Positions 25,149 through 39,649 of a stretch of 64,000 bases of DNA are shown here, piece after piece. The notes beneath the pieces are model-generated. The model worked only from the letters and a program-made list of their open reading frames with translations, did not search any database and had not been told where the DNA came from. The position numbers and the translations under genes were made by a program. The stretch spans positions 83,516,001 through 83,580,000 of the forward strand of contig NC_045697.1 in the NCBI RefSeq assembly GCF_009834535.1. The letters are read 5' to 3'. Source of the stretch: Camelus ferus (taxonomy: Eukaryota). Within the stretch, counting starts at the first letter, position 1. Every line of letters begins with the position of its first letter.

Positions 25149-25664
25149 AAAGGAAGTAACATTTTTGAAGGCCTGTTGTGGGTTTTACGTTGATCATTTG
25201 ATCTAGTGCTTCTATGTATTATTTCGGTCATTCTTCATAGCATTCTCAGAAAGAAGGCATCACTTTACAAAAGAGGAGACTGAGACTCAGACATTACTAA
25301 CATAGTACAGCTTGTAAATGGAACAGGAGTCAAACCCTGTCTGACTCTAGTCTGACTCTGTGCCTTTTTGATTTCTAACCATTCAATCTTTCTTCCCTCA
25401 ACTATCTCCCTATCTTTTGGGACAATAATATATACAACCTGCTAGATCTGAGCCATACTTGTCCCCAAATGCCACTTTTTGTACCACAGCCTATTGCTAG
25501 ATCCATAGCTCAATCAGCATGGTTTTTCTCACTCTTTTTGAATACAATTCCTGGTTTTGGTGATTTTCAGCTCTTTCTCAGGAACCTTAATGACAGTGTG
25601 AGATCTCTGAGAAATGCAAGCATATAACTCCTGTAGTATGTTCGGGGTTTTTTGTTTGCTTTAA

Positions 25665-26010
25665 TACACTTTATTTTTTTTAATTGAAGTATAGTCAGTT
25701 TACAATGTTGTGTCAATTTCTGGTGTACAGCATAATAGTTCAGTCATACATATACATACATATATTCATTTTCATATTTTTTTCATTATAGGTTACTACA
25801 AGGTATTGAATATAGTTCCCTCTGCTATACAGTATAAACTTGTTGTTTATCTATTTTATATATAATAGTTAGTATCTGCAAATCATGAACTCCCAGTGTA
25901 TTCCTTCCCACCCCCTTTCCTTCCTGGTAACCAACCATAAGTTTGTTCTCTATATCTGTGAGTCTGCTTCTGTTTTGTAAATAAGTTCATTTGTCTTTGT
26001 TTTTTTTTTA
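25665..26010 (-). mobile_element. 5'-truncated young L1 3' UTR (same family as 24434-25148)
   Basis: Near-identical ttgaagtatagtcagtttacaatgttgtgtcaatttctggtgtacagc...ataagttcatttgtcttt. Confidence 0.88.
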
Positions 26011-26667
26011 AAGAGCCAATATTAAACAGACATTATAAAAGTAAATTAAAAAAACCCTGCAATAACAATAAAACCCTCATTCAGGTAAATCATACAAACT
26101 CACTTGTAACTTTAAAAGACAGACTCTTAATGCTACACTGAAACAAAGGTGAAAATATGCCTTTTTAACAGTTCCATAGGAATTTTCTTTCTTAGCAACT
26201 CTGCACAGAAAATCAATTGCACATCTTTCAGAGCAACTCATAGAAAAATCAGGCTGGGGGAAGTAATGATTGCTTCTTAACCATGGAATAAAATTAGCTA
26301 TAGATTTGCAGCAGAATTAAGATTCTGTATTTTCTGAAATCTTCACTGACAGTAGTGGACCATATCAGAAGTCTTCAGAAATAATGCTCCTAGCTCTCTC
26401 AGAAATTCATCCCATCAAGAAAACCCCAAAATAAAAATTTTTAAAAGTCTGATAGAAGAGTTTAGACAACAGTCCCAGAACTGCCGGAAGGCATTTAGAA
26501 TTCATGTATATAATCTTAAACAGATATGGAAGGGGAAAATGTTCTGGTGCTGTAATTGAAAGTAATCAGACAGTCCCTGAAAATAATAAACTGATGTTAT
26601 AACAGTATTGGAAAACCAATCAGCCAACACAATATATGGAGATAAATGAGTTTAAAAAAAAATAGCA

Positions 26668-26777
26668 GGGTGGAGGGAATAGCAGGGTAGAGCACGTGCT
26701 TTTAGCATGCAGGAGGTCCTAGGTTCAATCCCCAGTACCTTCATTAAAAATAAAAAATAACTTTTTAAAAAAAAAAA
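26668..26777 (+). mobile_element. tRNA-derived SINE (Vic-1-like, short form)
   Basis: ggtagagcacgtgcttttagcatgcaggaggtcctaggttcaatccccagtaccttcattaaaaa plus A tail. Confidence 0.85.
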
Positions 26778-28249
26778 CATTGCAGTCTTTTGTTGATAAC
26801 ATTGTTGAATCCAGGCTCCTACCCTTGCTCACAATGAGCACTCTTGTTTTTATTAACAACTTCATACATGGTCCCCGCTTGGATTTTTTTGCTCTGCCCC
26901 CGTTAAAATAAACTTTTTAGAGGAAAAAAACAACAGCTATATAACATGGCCTTGTGAGAAAACCAGAACACACAAAGCCATGAAATGAAATTTCACTCTG
27001 TCAACCTGTTCGGCTTTCCCTAGGAGTTCAATTACTGTATTGGCTTTTCTCTGTTCCACTGAGCATTTCCTGAGAGCATCAGCTATTATGGACTAGCTAG
27101 ATACTTGGCCATATTGTTACTTTGCATTTATCTGAAATCCTTTCAAGGATTTCAACAGAAATTTTTATTCTGTTCCATGCCACTACCATTTGGAGGAAAG
27201 TTTTATTTTACTTGAATGAGATAGTAAGTTGGCACTTCATTTTCTCGGGAACATGCTCCTCCTCCAACCTGGCTATTTCCAAACATTTCTGTAACTTCCT
27301 CATAACTTTATACCCATAACTCCCATAACTCCTCTGTCCCTTTCATACAGTGTACTTAATATTTCAATTTGAGCATCTTGGAATCAAGTCTCATTCCAAG
27401 AGCTTATTTAAACTATCTGGGCTGTTTTCAGTTACGAGTAGTTGAAGAAAATTCTCTTTACATTGAGTTATGAAGTTAAGACTGATATTCAACAATGTAA
27501 TAAAATCTTATCAAAGTTTCCTTTGATTCATTGATGTGATCCAGATTCTCACATGTGCATCCCCCTAGAAACCCTCACTTTAGGAGATTTTTTTCAGTAC
27601 CCTAATCTTAAAATTTAGTCATTCAGACACCACCCACCGGCCCTCTGACACTCTCTTCCTGATTGAAAGAGGCATTTATGTATATGAGTCACCTCCTGCC
27701 AGCTTCACGGGAATTACATAAAAGCAATCTGCCTACCAGCTCAGCCTAAGGACAGAAAATCACATGCAGTGTCAACGTGAAAGCCATTGTTGCTTGTGGA
27801 AAATCACAATAGAGCACTTTTAAGACCTTAACTCTCAGGATATCAGTCTTTAATCTATATACTCCATACTACGAATGAGTGAACTTTTAACTGCTATACT
27901 TTTGTCAGTTTGGTCTAAGCTTCTTCAACCTTAAATGCTTTTTTTGTGATACATAAATGACAGGCTAATTCATACTCAAGAAAAATTATATACATAAACA
28001 CACACACACAGAAAAAGAACATATGAATACAAGGAGAGAATACAGATCAATAAATAAACATACAAACAAAACACATTATATTTCCACAGCATTACAAAAA
28101 TATTAGTATGGAAAGATTTAAAAGACATAGTTTGTGACAAGAAAGTCTGTTTCATAGTCTTAAAAAAATTGAAAGACTTGTCTGTATAAGATGTTACACT
28201 TGGAAAGTATATTAGTCATGATATTTTTAGTTTCCTTGTTTCTAGACAA

Positions 28250-28460
28250 GACAGCTTATACCATATGGATAGATGGGTTTAAATCCCCCATCCTGCCTCT
28301 TATTTACTATGTGGATTTAAGCAAGTCACTTAACAACGTATCTGAGCTTCACTTTCCTTAAATGTAAAGTGGCAGTAAGTGCTTACCCTGACTCTCTTGA
28401 GTTGTTGTAAAGATCAGATGAGATGATATGTGAAAGTTTTTTTGAGAATTATAAGCTATA
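28250..28460 (+). mobile_element. MIR SINE
   Basis: gggtttaaatccc...gcaagtcacttaac...tctgagcttcactttccttaaatgtaaagtgg. Confidence 0.7.
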
Positions 28461-30524
28461 ATATGAAGGTAAAGTTACATTCTTTTTATCTCAAAGTCAG
28501 AATTGCAGCACTCTAGTATCCTCAGTCATCATTCTCTTGCTGGCACAAAATATAGTGCTCCATGGAAGCACATGTGCACACATGGAGTGCCAGGTCACTC
28601 CTTTCTGTTGGCTCCTCTGTAGCTCTTGACTTTTCTCGGGGGTGGCTGTAGGACCCCTGAGCTGGCTGCAGTTGTGAAGGTCACTAGAAAGGCTGGGGAA
28701 GTCATAACTCTAGCTGATAGAGAATCCCAGAAGGCCCCATGTGTTCCATATACTCTTCCTTTCTTTCTCATCAGCCCCTCACCCACACATTCACAAGTTC
28801 ATGGAACCTCAAAGAAAATCCCATTGAGGTTGTCCAGACACCCTGCCATGATATCTCAGAGTGGTAAGATTTCTCTCAGCCATGAGAAGCTGTAATCAGG
28901 TCCAGACTATCCTAGGAATTCAGTATGTAACACAGATCACCACTACCTATTAGAACTGGAGCTTTGGCTGCCAACCCAGACCTTCTCCGGTGTTCATACT
29001 TGGACTGTTTGGGTGGGGTTGGGGGTAAGGGGTTGAAGGTATCTCTGAAAAGCATAAATCAGTGCACCGAGCATGACTGCTTTTTAAAGATTCTTTTCAG
29101 TCTGCATATCAGGCTTTCTGTCTATGGTACAAAGGACAGCACACAGATGACGACAGAAGTGTGCACACTTATGGCCAAATTCAGGCTTACCTCACTTCTC
29201 GGAGGAGAGAGAATTCCAAGCTTGAAAGCCTAGATTTTAATGCAAAAGGGAGACAACCTTAACAGTTCTCAACTAGAATAGGCTTCCCCAAGTACAACCT
29301 GTGAGATATTATCACAGGTTATATATATAAGGAAATATATATATATATATATGGAAACTCACCATATCGGGATGTTAGAGGAAAGTTACAATATTACATC
29401 ACTTTCTTTCTTTGGTTTCAATTGCCACCCTTATTCTGAGTGAAGTTGAAAATAAGTTGAACAGTTGACAATAAAACCTTAGTCACCACTTGGGTTTTCT
29501 ATGAAAGTACCAGTCAAATCACAGAAATGACAGGCATCTCCAGTGGTAAAAAAATTTTTTAACGGAGAATAAAAATAATAGCAATGAGAGAATTGGAAAT
29601 AGTATTTTAAATCAGTCCTTACCAAATTAATAACTATTCAGAATTGTGATGAAATCAGATTTTTAGAGCTATCTGCAGTTACTAAAGCAATGGTCAAAAT
29701 AGAATATAGGTTTTTTTGTTTTTGTTTTCTAGGCTGGTCCTAAGGCATCTAATTGTGAAGGGGAAGCAAGCTAACATTCACCGAATACAAAAACTTGAAA
29801 TCATCCAAGGCTGGGAAAGTATTACTAACAAGCCACTATTTTTTTTCATTAACAAATAAGTATTATAAAACCTGATGCTGAAGTCTGCTAAAACTATTTC
29901 TGACTTTGATCTTAACGATTTATTTGAAACCTGTAACTTTTCGTAATTTTATTCACTCAAAAGGAAGGAAAAAAAGTCAGGAAAGGAAGAAGTACTTCCC
30001 CTTAGTAAATTAATCAGACGTAAGTAATTTTCAGTCTTGTGAACTAATCCCAGCATTAAAAGAGGCTTTTTTAGTATAAAATAACTCCAGGTCCAAATTC
30101 TAGGATTTATGAGGTAGAAAAGGTTTATGAGACGGTCTGATTGGATCAGCTATGAAAAGATAAAATTAAAATAACATAAATGAGTAGAATTATATTCTGC
30201 AAATGTAACAAAAATGAATTTTTCTTGGTTTGGTTTGGTTTTATCACTTAACTGGTGATGAAATTTTTCAGCTACAGGATAAGACTCCAAAGACATGCCT
30301 TTTTTTGTAAGAAACGTCAATCTATAGAGCAAAGTCCAAGGAGTATGAGGGGTTGGCAGTAATGTGTTTATCCTCCTGTTCAAAGATAGATTCTTCAGTG
30401 CCACAGTTTTAAAAATACTGGGTTTGGCAGTCTCTTAAATCTCTTCCAGCTTCATATTCTGTGATTCTACTCTGTGTTTATCATTATTCATGATGCATCC
30501 TTAGTTTGGCCACAAGCAAGGGAC

Positions 30525-30750
30525 CCAGCATTTTATTGTGTCATCATGTTCCAGGCACTGCTCTTTACACATATCACATCATCCAAAACTTAGACAATCC
30601 TATGAGGTAGGTATTGTCACACTTTTTTTTTTTCAAAATAAGAAAGCTGAGGCTCAGGAAAGGCACTTGTCAAAGTGAAAAGTTACTCAGAGTACCTTGC
30701 AGCTGGGATTCAAGCCCAGGAGTCTTCCTCCAGAAACCACACACTATTAT
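30525..30750 (-). mobile_element. MIR SINE
   Basis: tgttccaggcactg...acaatcctatgaggtaggtatt...ctgaggctcag...ctgggattcaagcccagg. Confidence 0.7.
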
Positions 30751-31044
30751 CCTTCCGAATAGCCTCCCAATTAGAATGTTGTAAGAAAGTCACAGTAAGT
30801 TATTCTGGTAGCTTGACTTGGCTTGAAGTCTTTGTCGGATGTTAGGCCGTTTCTATTTCTGGTCTCTCTAAGTCAGCTGGCCTTCTCTCTCTTTCCATCT
30901 TTAAAGCCTCGATCCTTTTTTGCTTTTACTGCTGTTTCAGAGAAGCTGGACTGGTCCAAATAATTTTTTTCCTTCGATTACAGTTCCTTTTTTGGCTCTA
31001 GAATTTCACTTCAGCTTCAGCTCAAATTTCAGTTCAGTAGCATC

Positions 31045-31470
31045 CACTCATTCATTTATTTACTCACCAAGTATTTATGAGTGCCTGCCACACGCCAGGC
31101 AGCGGGCAGTCTTCAGTGAATGAACAGGCAAAGCCCTTGCTCTCGTGTTCCTTATGCTTGGTGGGAGTAGACAACAATAAATGAGTATGCACATAAAACA
31201 TACTAGACACTGACAGCGCTGTGGAGAAAGTAACGTAGGACAACGGAAATAGGAAAGCCTGGGCCTCGGGGGCGGGGGGCGGAGTTGTGTTGTTGCCAAG
31301 TTTATAAGGATGGTCAGGGGAAGCCTCTCTGATAAGGTAATATTTGAGCAGAGACATAAAAGAAATGTGAATCAATGATGTGACTATATGGGGAAGAAAA
31401 AAGGAACAGCAAGAGGAAAGGCCCAGAAGCAGAAGGAAGCTGGGAGTGTTCCCCTCACAATCAGAAAACC
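31045..31470 (-). mobile_element. LINE-2 3' fragment
   Basis: cattcatttatttactcaccaagtatttatgagtgcc...ggtcaggggaagcctctctgataaggtaatatttgagcagagac. Confidence 0.75.
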
Positions 31471-32734
31471 TGGCTGAGAAGAATGAGTTGATGCCTGAAA
31501 TTTCTTGACTCATGGATAAGTCATTCAGGAATCGCATTTTACTTTAAAAATATAAACCATTTTTCCAGAAAACTTATTTTAGACAATATTAATATTTTTT
31601 ACATTGTTTGTTACTTTACAGGGTAAAAAGACTCTTCTCAGATATTATCTCATTTTCTCCTTAAAATATCCTATGTAGGAGTGGTGGGTCTAATTTGACT
31701 ATCGCAGCCACTAACACAGCACTGGACACATAGTAGGCACTCAGTGAACGTATATTGAATTAATAAGTTGACTTATGAGTTTGATGGCACAACTTTTCTT
31801 TTTCAACTCTATCATGCTCATTTTTATTGATCGGTGATTGGATTCTAATGCAGTGAAGCTTCAGAGGCTGTGGAGATGTGTCAGGCCATCCTCCAGTCTA
31901 GTATGTTTATGTATTTAGTTTTTGTGGTGATTTATACTTTTTCTGCCTAACTCTTCCATTCAGTCCTTTAGCATCTTTCCTTGTTAGTTTCTGTAGACTC
32001 AGAATTTATCTTATCTGCTATATTCTTGGAAACCATATCCCAAAGCTTATTAAGACCTATAATGTAAAATAAAGTGATTCCAAATGAGCACATAAAACAC
32101 TTCATTAAAGAATAAGTTCAATAATGTTAATACTGACAGTTGTTTTGATTTCACAGGCATTTTTCTTTTTTATGCATTTATAATTAGGCTCTAGTGGACT
32201 AAGTTGCTAAGTATACACTTGTGCCTTTACCCCAACTTTCATTTTAAAAAAATTTATATATATATATAAAAGCATTTCAGTCCATCCCAAACAGGTTCTA
32301 TGATCTGATCTAAAGCCACCCTGAAATGTTCTTCATTCCACCAAACCCAGCCCTCATTACCTGAAGAACCCACAGGTTTGTGTGAGCACTACTTACCCCT
32401 ACCAAAGCAAGGGCTCTCATCCAATGTTGATGATCTACCCACTTTGTGCAGCATGATTAAAAATGTGCCTCTTGTAATGGAGCACCCTTAATATGTCCTC
32501 TCCATGGAAACCATCCCCCTATTTACTCTTTAGTTGTCCTGCAAAATTTTTCAGTCAAATATTATTATCTCCTCTTCTGGTTGGAAATTATTGTGGCATT
32601 ACCATCCATTCATTTATTCTTTCAACAAGTAGCTATTGGGAGCCTACTATGTGCCAAGCACTGCAGATCTACCACTGTAAAGACAAAGGTTATATCTACT
32701 CTCTTGGAAAATTAACCATTCTAAAATAAACATT

Positions 32735-33296
32735 TCAGTGTCATTTAGTACATTCACAGTGTTGTATAACCCCCATATAAAACATTTTCATCACCCCAAA
32801 AGGAAACCCCATACCCATTCAGCAGTTATGCCTAGTTTCCCCCTACCTACTCCTGGGAACACCAGTTTACCTTCTGCCTCTATAGATTTACCTATTCTGG
32901 ATACTTCATGTAAATGGAATCATATAGTATGTGACCTTTTGTGTCTGGCTTCCTTCACTTAGCATTATATTTTCAAGATTCACTTACATTGTAGCTTGTA
33001 TCAGCACATTATTCCTTTTTATGGATGAATAATATTCCATTGTATATATATGAACTGCAGTTTGTTTATCTGTCCATCCACTGATGGACCCTGGGTTGTT
33101 TCTACCTTTTGGCTGTGGGGAATAGTACTGCTGTGTGTGAAGACATATTTGTCTGAACACCTGTTTTTAATTCTTTTGAGTATAAAATTAGGAGTGTAAT
33201 TGCTGAGTCATATGATAATTTTATATTTAACTTTTCGAGGAATGGCCAAACTGTTTTCCATAGCAGCTGAACCATCTTACAGTCCCATGACAATGT
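32735..33296 (-). mobile_element. L1MB-like 3' fragment
   Basis: catttagtacattcacagtgttgt...aacattttcatcaccccaaaaggaaacccc...gccaaactgttttccatagcagctg. Confidence 0.8.
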
Positions 33297-33829
33297 GATT
33301 CTTAAAAGACATCTCTATCCTCTATTAGCACTTGCCTCCTCACACCTTATCTTCCCTAGGCTGGAGCAGGTTACCCTAGGTTACCACCCTTTACCTAAAG
33401 TGGCAGCCTGATTAGCTGGGTTCATCCAACCCAGCTGAGAGGAATTTTTATTAGAAAAACTACAGAAGATAAAATTGATAAAGACGTAAAATAAAAACTT
33501 TAGAGGCTACAATCTATGTTGTATAATTTCTAACCCAGATTACTCTAGCTGTGATGGAGTGCTTTGGGGCCAACATAGTTACTAGGACCTAAACTGAATT
33601 CTGGATGAACCTACATGTTCCGTTTTTTTCTAGAATATTTCTGATTTTAGAATTCACAGTACCCATTACTTATGTGGCTCATAAAATCATTGATTAGCTG
33701 AATGCCTACTGTGTACCAAGAATTGTGCTATAGAGTAGGCATCAAAGATTTCATATTCTCAAAGAAAAGCATGCCTATAAATAAATAAATGAGAAACTGC
33801 ATTGAACTATTTGAAATCAAGGAATAGGA

Positions 33830-33998
33830 CAGTGATTCTTAAGAGTGTGGTATGATGTCACCTGTCATCAAAATCACCTGGGATGCTTTAGCCCTGCTCC
33901 AGGACTACTGTTCAGAATCTCTGGGTTAAAACCCAGGAATCTGCATTTTATTAAGCTCTCAGATGATCTTCATATACATAGAAGTTTGAGAAGCACTG
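33830..33998. mobile_element. MER5A-like hAT-Charlie MITE
   Basis: TIRs cagtgattcttaa / ttgagaagcactg, internal aatcacctggga and caggaatctgcatttta, and a degenerate 8-bp TSD gaatagga / aaataggg. Confidence 0.8.
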
Positions 33999-36359
33999 AA
34001 ATAGGGAATGCTTTCACTTTAGCACTTTTACAAATAATTTGAAAAGAAAATGCTTTATAATTACCTTTTTGAGTATGAAATATGTTGAATTAATTCATCA
34101 AGATTCAAAACAGTTTATGAAAATAAAATAGCAAAAGAATGTTCCACAATATTAGTGTCAAGTCTTTAAGAGTTTATTGCACTGTCAGATCAGACATTCA
34201 TTCATGTCACCATTCAACAAACAGCTACTTGCCCTTCTTCTGCTCCTGACATCATGCTGGGCTTCAGGGATTACAAGTGAACTGGACGGAATCACTACCT
34301 CACGGAATTTATAGTCCAGTTTCAATTGCACATTTTATTAACATATAACTCAAACTGTTATGTAGTGGGGGGTTGGCTAGGGAACATTTTTTCAGTGTTT
34401 TTTAAAAAGTATTTAGCACTTTCCATTCTTAAGCAGAACAGATATGCTACTTAAGGGGTTTCCAATATAACTGTGCAACTGCTGAAATAAACCTAATTTG
34501 CTCTGGAATAAAAATAGGTGGGTTGAGATGCCTCAGTCCCCTCATATGGATTCCTGTACCTCTCCTTCCTTTTCTGCTTTGCTGCTAGAAGCAAGTCTTT
34601 TAAATTATTAAGGTGTTAAAATTATGTTTATTGCAACACATAAAAACCCTTTTCAGTATAATTGAGTGAATGAGATGAAGCTTATAGTTTCCTAAAGGTG
34701 CTGCATTGTAAGGAACTGTGAATTACTTTTTATGTTTATCTATTCTTTTAAAAAAAGGTACAGTAGTATTTTGACTATAGCGACCATAAGCTAAATAGAA
34801 TATGCATAACAATTTCAAATGAATGGTTAGTGAGAACAGTACTTGTTTTCTATTTCCCCACTCATGTATCATTATTTGCCAATTTCAGTTCAACAAATTT
34901 TCTAGCAAAACCATCTCTCACCTGTATAGTTTAGAGGTTATGTATAATGTATGCTCTGAACCAGTTTAAGTATGTACCAAATAATTCAAGATTACTATGT
35001 TATTCTTTTCTCCTTGGCTTTCACACAACCTTTGTCCTTCCTGTTAACATAATTCAAACAATAAAATACATGAACATTGAGTTGGAGAACAGAGAATTCA
35101 CTAGGTCACTTAGAAAGAAATACAAAGCCCTGTAAAAGTTACTGTAATATAGTTACTTGGAACATCTTCATCTTTTGTCCAGAATTCTCAGTGCTGATTA
35201 GACAACTCCGAAAGTGTCAAGCTCAATTTGAAAATATCATTTAAAAGTTTAGGCATATGCCTGATTTTACTCCAGCTGGGCAACAGTAAGAAATAGAAGA
35301 TGGAATTTTGCGACAGGATGGTAAGGGGTTTTTAATGGTTGACTGAGGAAGGGATGGAGGATTCCATTCCTAGGGCTAAAATTCCACTTACGTGTGCTAA
35401 GAAAGGTTTTACGGCCACGTATCTATTTTCTCATTTGATCTTCATACTAAACCCATGAGTTTCTCTGATGCCGCCTGCGGGGAGGGGGGGGGGGGCGGAG
35501 ATAGGTAGATAAATATATAGATACAGGAGCTTATAATTAGCTGCCCAATTGTTTTCATTTACTTTAGTAAATCTATGTACATTATATATACTTAGTATTT
35601 CCTTGACTAAGAAAACATTTAACTCTAAAAATTCTGTGCTGAAATATTATATTTTTGCCTCCTGCTGAAAAACTACACTTAATACTAAAATTTCTTTCCC
35701 AGCCAGCCTTAATTTGGCTTGCCAACTCTTTTTGTTAACTTACAGAAGATAAAATAGGTCAAAATATAATCTAGGAAGCCCAGATAAGAAACAAAAATTA
35801 GCAGATGTTTTCCCACAGAATGTCACATACATAACAAGTCCTAACATGAATCTCCACATAAAATTTTTTTGCAGTTGTTTTTTTAACTTTTATCTTTTCA
35901 ATTTACTTTAATTGATACATTCATTCCATTAAAGAAAGTCAGAGAAAACCCAAAGACATATAAAATCTCCCATTTTGCTCAGTTCTCAGAGCTCAGTTTC
36001 TTTAAATTAGACCTTTTTTTTTTAACCTTCAACTAGATATTCTAATGCTTACAAGTATTTTTGCCTTTGTAGAATGAAGCCTTGAAAAACTAAGTTAACG
36101 GGGTAGCATACAGATTCAAATTTGAAAAAATACTTTTGGAAATAGTCAAATTTTCATGTTAAATTATACTCATAATACAGTTCTTTTATAATGTTAATTG
36201 GATATTAATACTTAATACTTAATATTAACTAGTACTCTTTTAATGCTTTCACAAGCATTTTCAAATTTGCTCAAAAATTGTTTTGTTTGCTGAAGAGTAA
36301 GCAGAATTATTTTCTCCTGCAGAAATGGCTATTTCATTGCTATATAAATATGTGTTGAT

Positions 36360-36750
36360 ACGCAGAGCAGTATTTATACTACATGAAAAAATGTAAACAA
36401 TCTAAATGTACCACAATAGAATATAATGGTTAAATAAATTATACTATACCCATTTGATGTAATATTCAGCATCCATTAAAAATTTTGGTTTTGGAAGGTT
36501 AGTGTGACAGGAGAAAGCACATGATATACTGTTAAATGAAAAAGGCAAAATTCACAACTCTGCATTTTTAATCATAATTGGTACAGTTCTAATTTTTACT
36601 TTCTAGCTCTAATTTCACTTATTTATACATCTATATCTCTATATACACATAAGTATAAGTAGTTAGCGATTAAAATGGAATGGATTTTTATCATATTAAT
36701 TTATCCTGAGAGGTAGATTTATTTGTGACTTTAATTTTTTTAATTGGAAA
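36360..36750 (+). mobile_element. Ancient L1M 3' fragment
   Basis: aaacaatctaaatgtaccacaatag...ggttaaataaattat...catgatatactgttaaatgaaaaa. Confidence 0.55.
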
Positions 36751-37149
36751 AAAATAATGTGTTACTTTAAAGATAATCACTGATGCATGGAATTGTAAAT
36801 TACCCGAAATATATACAAAGTTTTGGAACACTTAAAAATAAAGCACCACTTTTCAATAATCAGACCACCTTTGATAGTAGACATCTATGTTCTTAGGGTT
36901 CTTGGATTGGAGGAGACCAGTAAATGGTACCTCTGCAAGTGGCTGTGATTAATTAACTCCTCCATGGCCAAAGTACTATGCACATCAGAGAGAGTTTTCT
37001 TGCCCAGAATACATGTGGTTTTCTGAATTTGGTATTAGAATAATAATTTAGGTTCTTTTGAGTAGATTTTTTATATTATCACTGCATTTTAGACATGTTG
37101 CACATAGAGAATATAGCAAAGTATCATTTTATATCATTTTATATTTTGT

Positions 37150-37197
37150 GTTTTTTTTAAACATTTTTTATTGAGTTATAGTCATTTTACAATCTTG
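37150..37197 (-). mobile_element. Extremely truncated young L1 3' terminus
   Basis: T-rich tail plus ttgagttatagtcattttacaatcttg, matching the end of the 43050-43260 copy. Flanked by tattttgt at 37142-37149 and 37198-37205. Confidence 0.6.
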
Positions 37198-38039
37198 TAT
37201 TTTGTTTATAGGAATAATAGACTATTTCAGTTTTAAATAGAACAATGCTGCATAAAACCATTCAGGAATGAAGAGTTTAATAGAAAAGATGTGATCTAAG
37301 GATATTGCTGGTACTCAAGTTTCTGGTACAAAAGCATATTTTGAAATATATATAGAAATAATGGATAAATATATAACATTGTTCTCATAGATATTGCCAA
37401 AATTTGGTCATAAAAGCAATATAAAAAATAAGAAATATTACTGCTTAAGTATATAAACTATTATCTAGAAATAAGTTTCCCTCTTCACTATACATACTCT
37501 TGATATTAGTATCTGCCATTTGCTTCAATACATCTTTTATGTGTTTTAATGTTTATTTCTAGAATATCAAATAAATGGGTAAAATGCCACATCAAACCTG
37601 CAAAATCAGAGCTAATTATAATTTGAATCAATGTATTATAGTTGATTTAGAGGTTAGTTCACAGGTACTTTATTTAGCTTCTAAGTCCAAAGAACAGGAT
37701 AGTTTTGTTTGGATTCTTTTCCTATCAAATACTGTAAATATAAATTTTAAAAAATTATCTAGAGTCACAAAGGAAAGTTCAAGTTCCATAGTTTGGGGAT
37801 TTTATTTTCAGGGAGACAGAAAGAAAAACTATTCCAATCTTAAGATTAAAACATTGAACACACAAGAAATAATTTTTAAATGGACTTTTAATCCATATTT
37901 TTTACCACTGAAAGGAGAAAATTAAGAGAATGAAATGAATGAAGTAAGATGGATAAAGAAGAAAGTTAAGATCTAAGGGGAAGAAAAGATAGGAAGAGCC
38001 AACTAGAATGTTCAGTTGGGTAGAAGAAAGTGGACAGCA

Positions 38040-39308
38040 GCATGCAAATGACTACTTTCTTACACCATATACTCAATGTAGATTAAAGACTTAAATGTTA
38101 GACCTGAAACCATAAAACTTTTAGAAGAAAACATAGGTAGTATGCTCTTTGACATCAGTCTTAGCAATATATTTTGGATGCATCGCCTTAGGCAAGGGAA
38201 ACAAAAGCAAAAATAAACAAGTAGGACTACATCAATCCAAATTTTTGAAGAAAACCATCAACAAAATGAAAAGGCAGCCTTCTGAATAGAAGATATTTGC
38301 AAATGACATATCCAATAAAGAGTTAATATCCAAAACATGTGAAGAATTCATAAAACTCAATACCAAAAACAATCCACTTAAAAATGGGCAGAGGACCTGA
38401 ATAGACATTTTTCAAAAGAAGATATACAGATGACCAAAGACATATGAAAAGATGTCCAGCATCACTAACCTATTAAGAAAATACAAAACCAAACCAAAAT
38501 AAGATATCACTTCACACCTGTCAGAATGGCTATCATCAAAATGACAAGAAATAACAAGTGCTGGCAAGGATGTGGAGAAAAGGGGACCCTCAGGTATTGT
38601 TGATGGGAATGTAAATTAGTGCAACCACTATGGAAAACAGTATGAAGGTTCCTCAAAAAATTCAAAACAGAACTACCATGTGACCCAGCAATTTCACTTC
38701 TAGGTATTTACTCAAAGAAAACAAAAACACTAACTTGAAAACTGCACTGCTGTGTTTATTGTAGCAGTATACAATTGTAGCCGAGATATGGAAGGCCCAT
38801 TGATGGATGAATGGATAAAGAAGATGTGGTATATATATGTATATGCAATGGAATATTAGTCATAAAAAAGAATGAAATCTTGCCATGTGAAAACATGGAT
38901 GGATCTAGAGGGTATTATGCTAAGTGAAATAAACCAGACAGAGAAAGATAAATACCATATGATCTCACTTATATATGGAATCTAAAAAAAAAAAATGAAA
39001 ACAGACTCATAGATACAAAAAACAAATGGGTGGTTGCCAGATGGCAGGGATGAGGTAGGGAATGAGTAAAATATGTGAGTGAGATTAAGAGGTACAAACT
39101 TCTGGTTATAAAATAAATAAGTCAGAGGGATGTAATGTATAGCATAAGGAATGTTGTCAACAATACTGTAATAACTTTATATGGGACAAATGGTTACTGG
39201 ACTTAGGGTGTTGATCATTTCATAACGTGTTTAAATACTGAATCACTATGTTGTACTCCTGAAGCTAACATAATATTGTACACCAACTATATTTCAGTAA
39301 AGAAAGAA
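38040..39308 (+). mobile_element. 5'-truncated L1 (decayed ORF2 C-terminus and 3' UTR)
   Basis: gattaaagacttaaatgttagacctgaaaccataaaac...cacacctgtcagaatggctatcatc...caactatatttcagtaaa. Confidence 0.88.
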
Positions 39309-39649
39309 GTAAATGAGAGATGCATACTATATAGATACAGATACAATTATCAGTAATATGTACATAATTGTAATTATATACATATACATGTATATATAAT
39401 ATATTGCTGGTAATTATAATGTCAATACCTAATATTTTATGCCATTTTGTTAGAGCTTATCAAGCACTCCTGCATATATTACCTCTTTTATATTCATTCC
39501 TCATCACAATTCCATGAGTTAGATAATTGTCTTCACTTTTAATAACTGAAGGGAAAGTTCAGAGAGGTAACATATTATTATCTATCACTAACAATAACAA
39601 CAACCATATTAATAGTAGTAATAGTAGCAGCAGCAATTATAGAGGAGTG

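Noticed and set aside
31064..31537. 157-aa minus-strand ORF
   Set aside because: Lies over an L2 fragment and shows no recognisable protein features.
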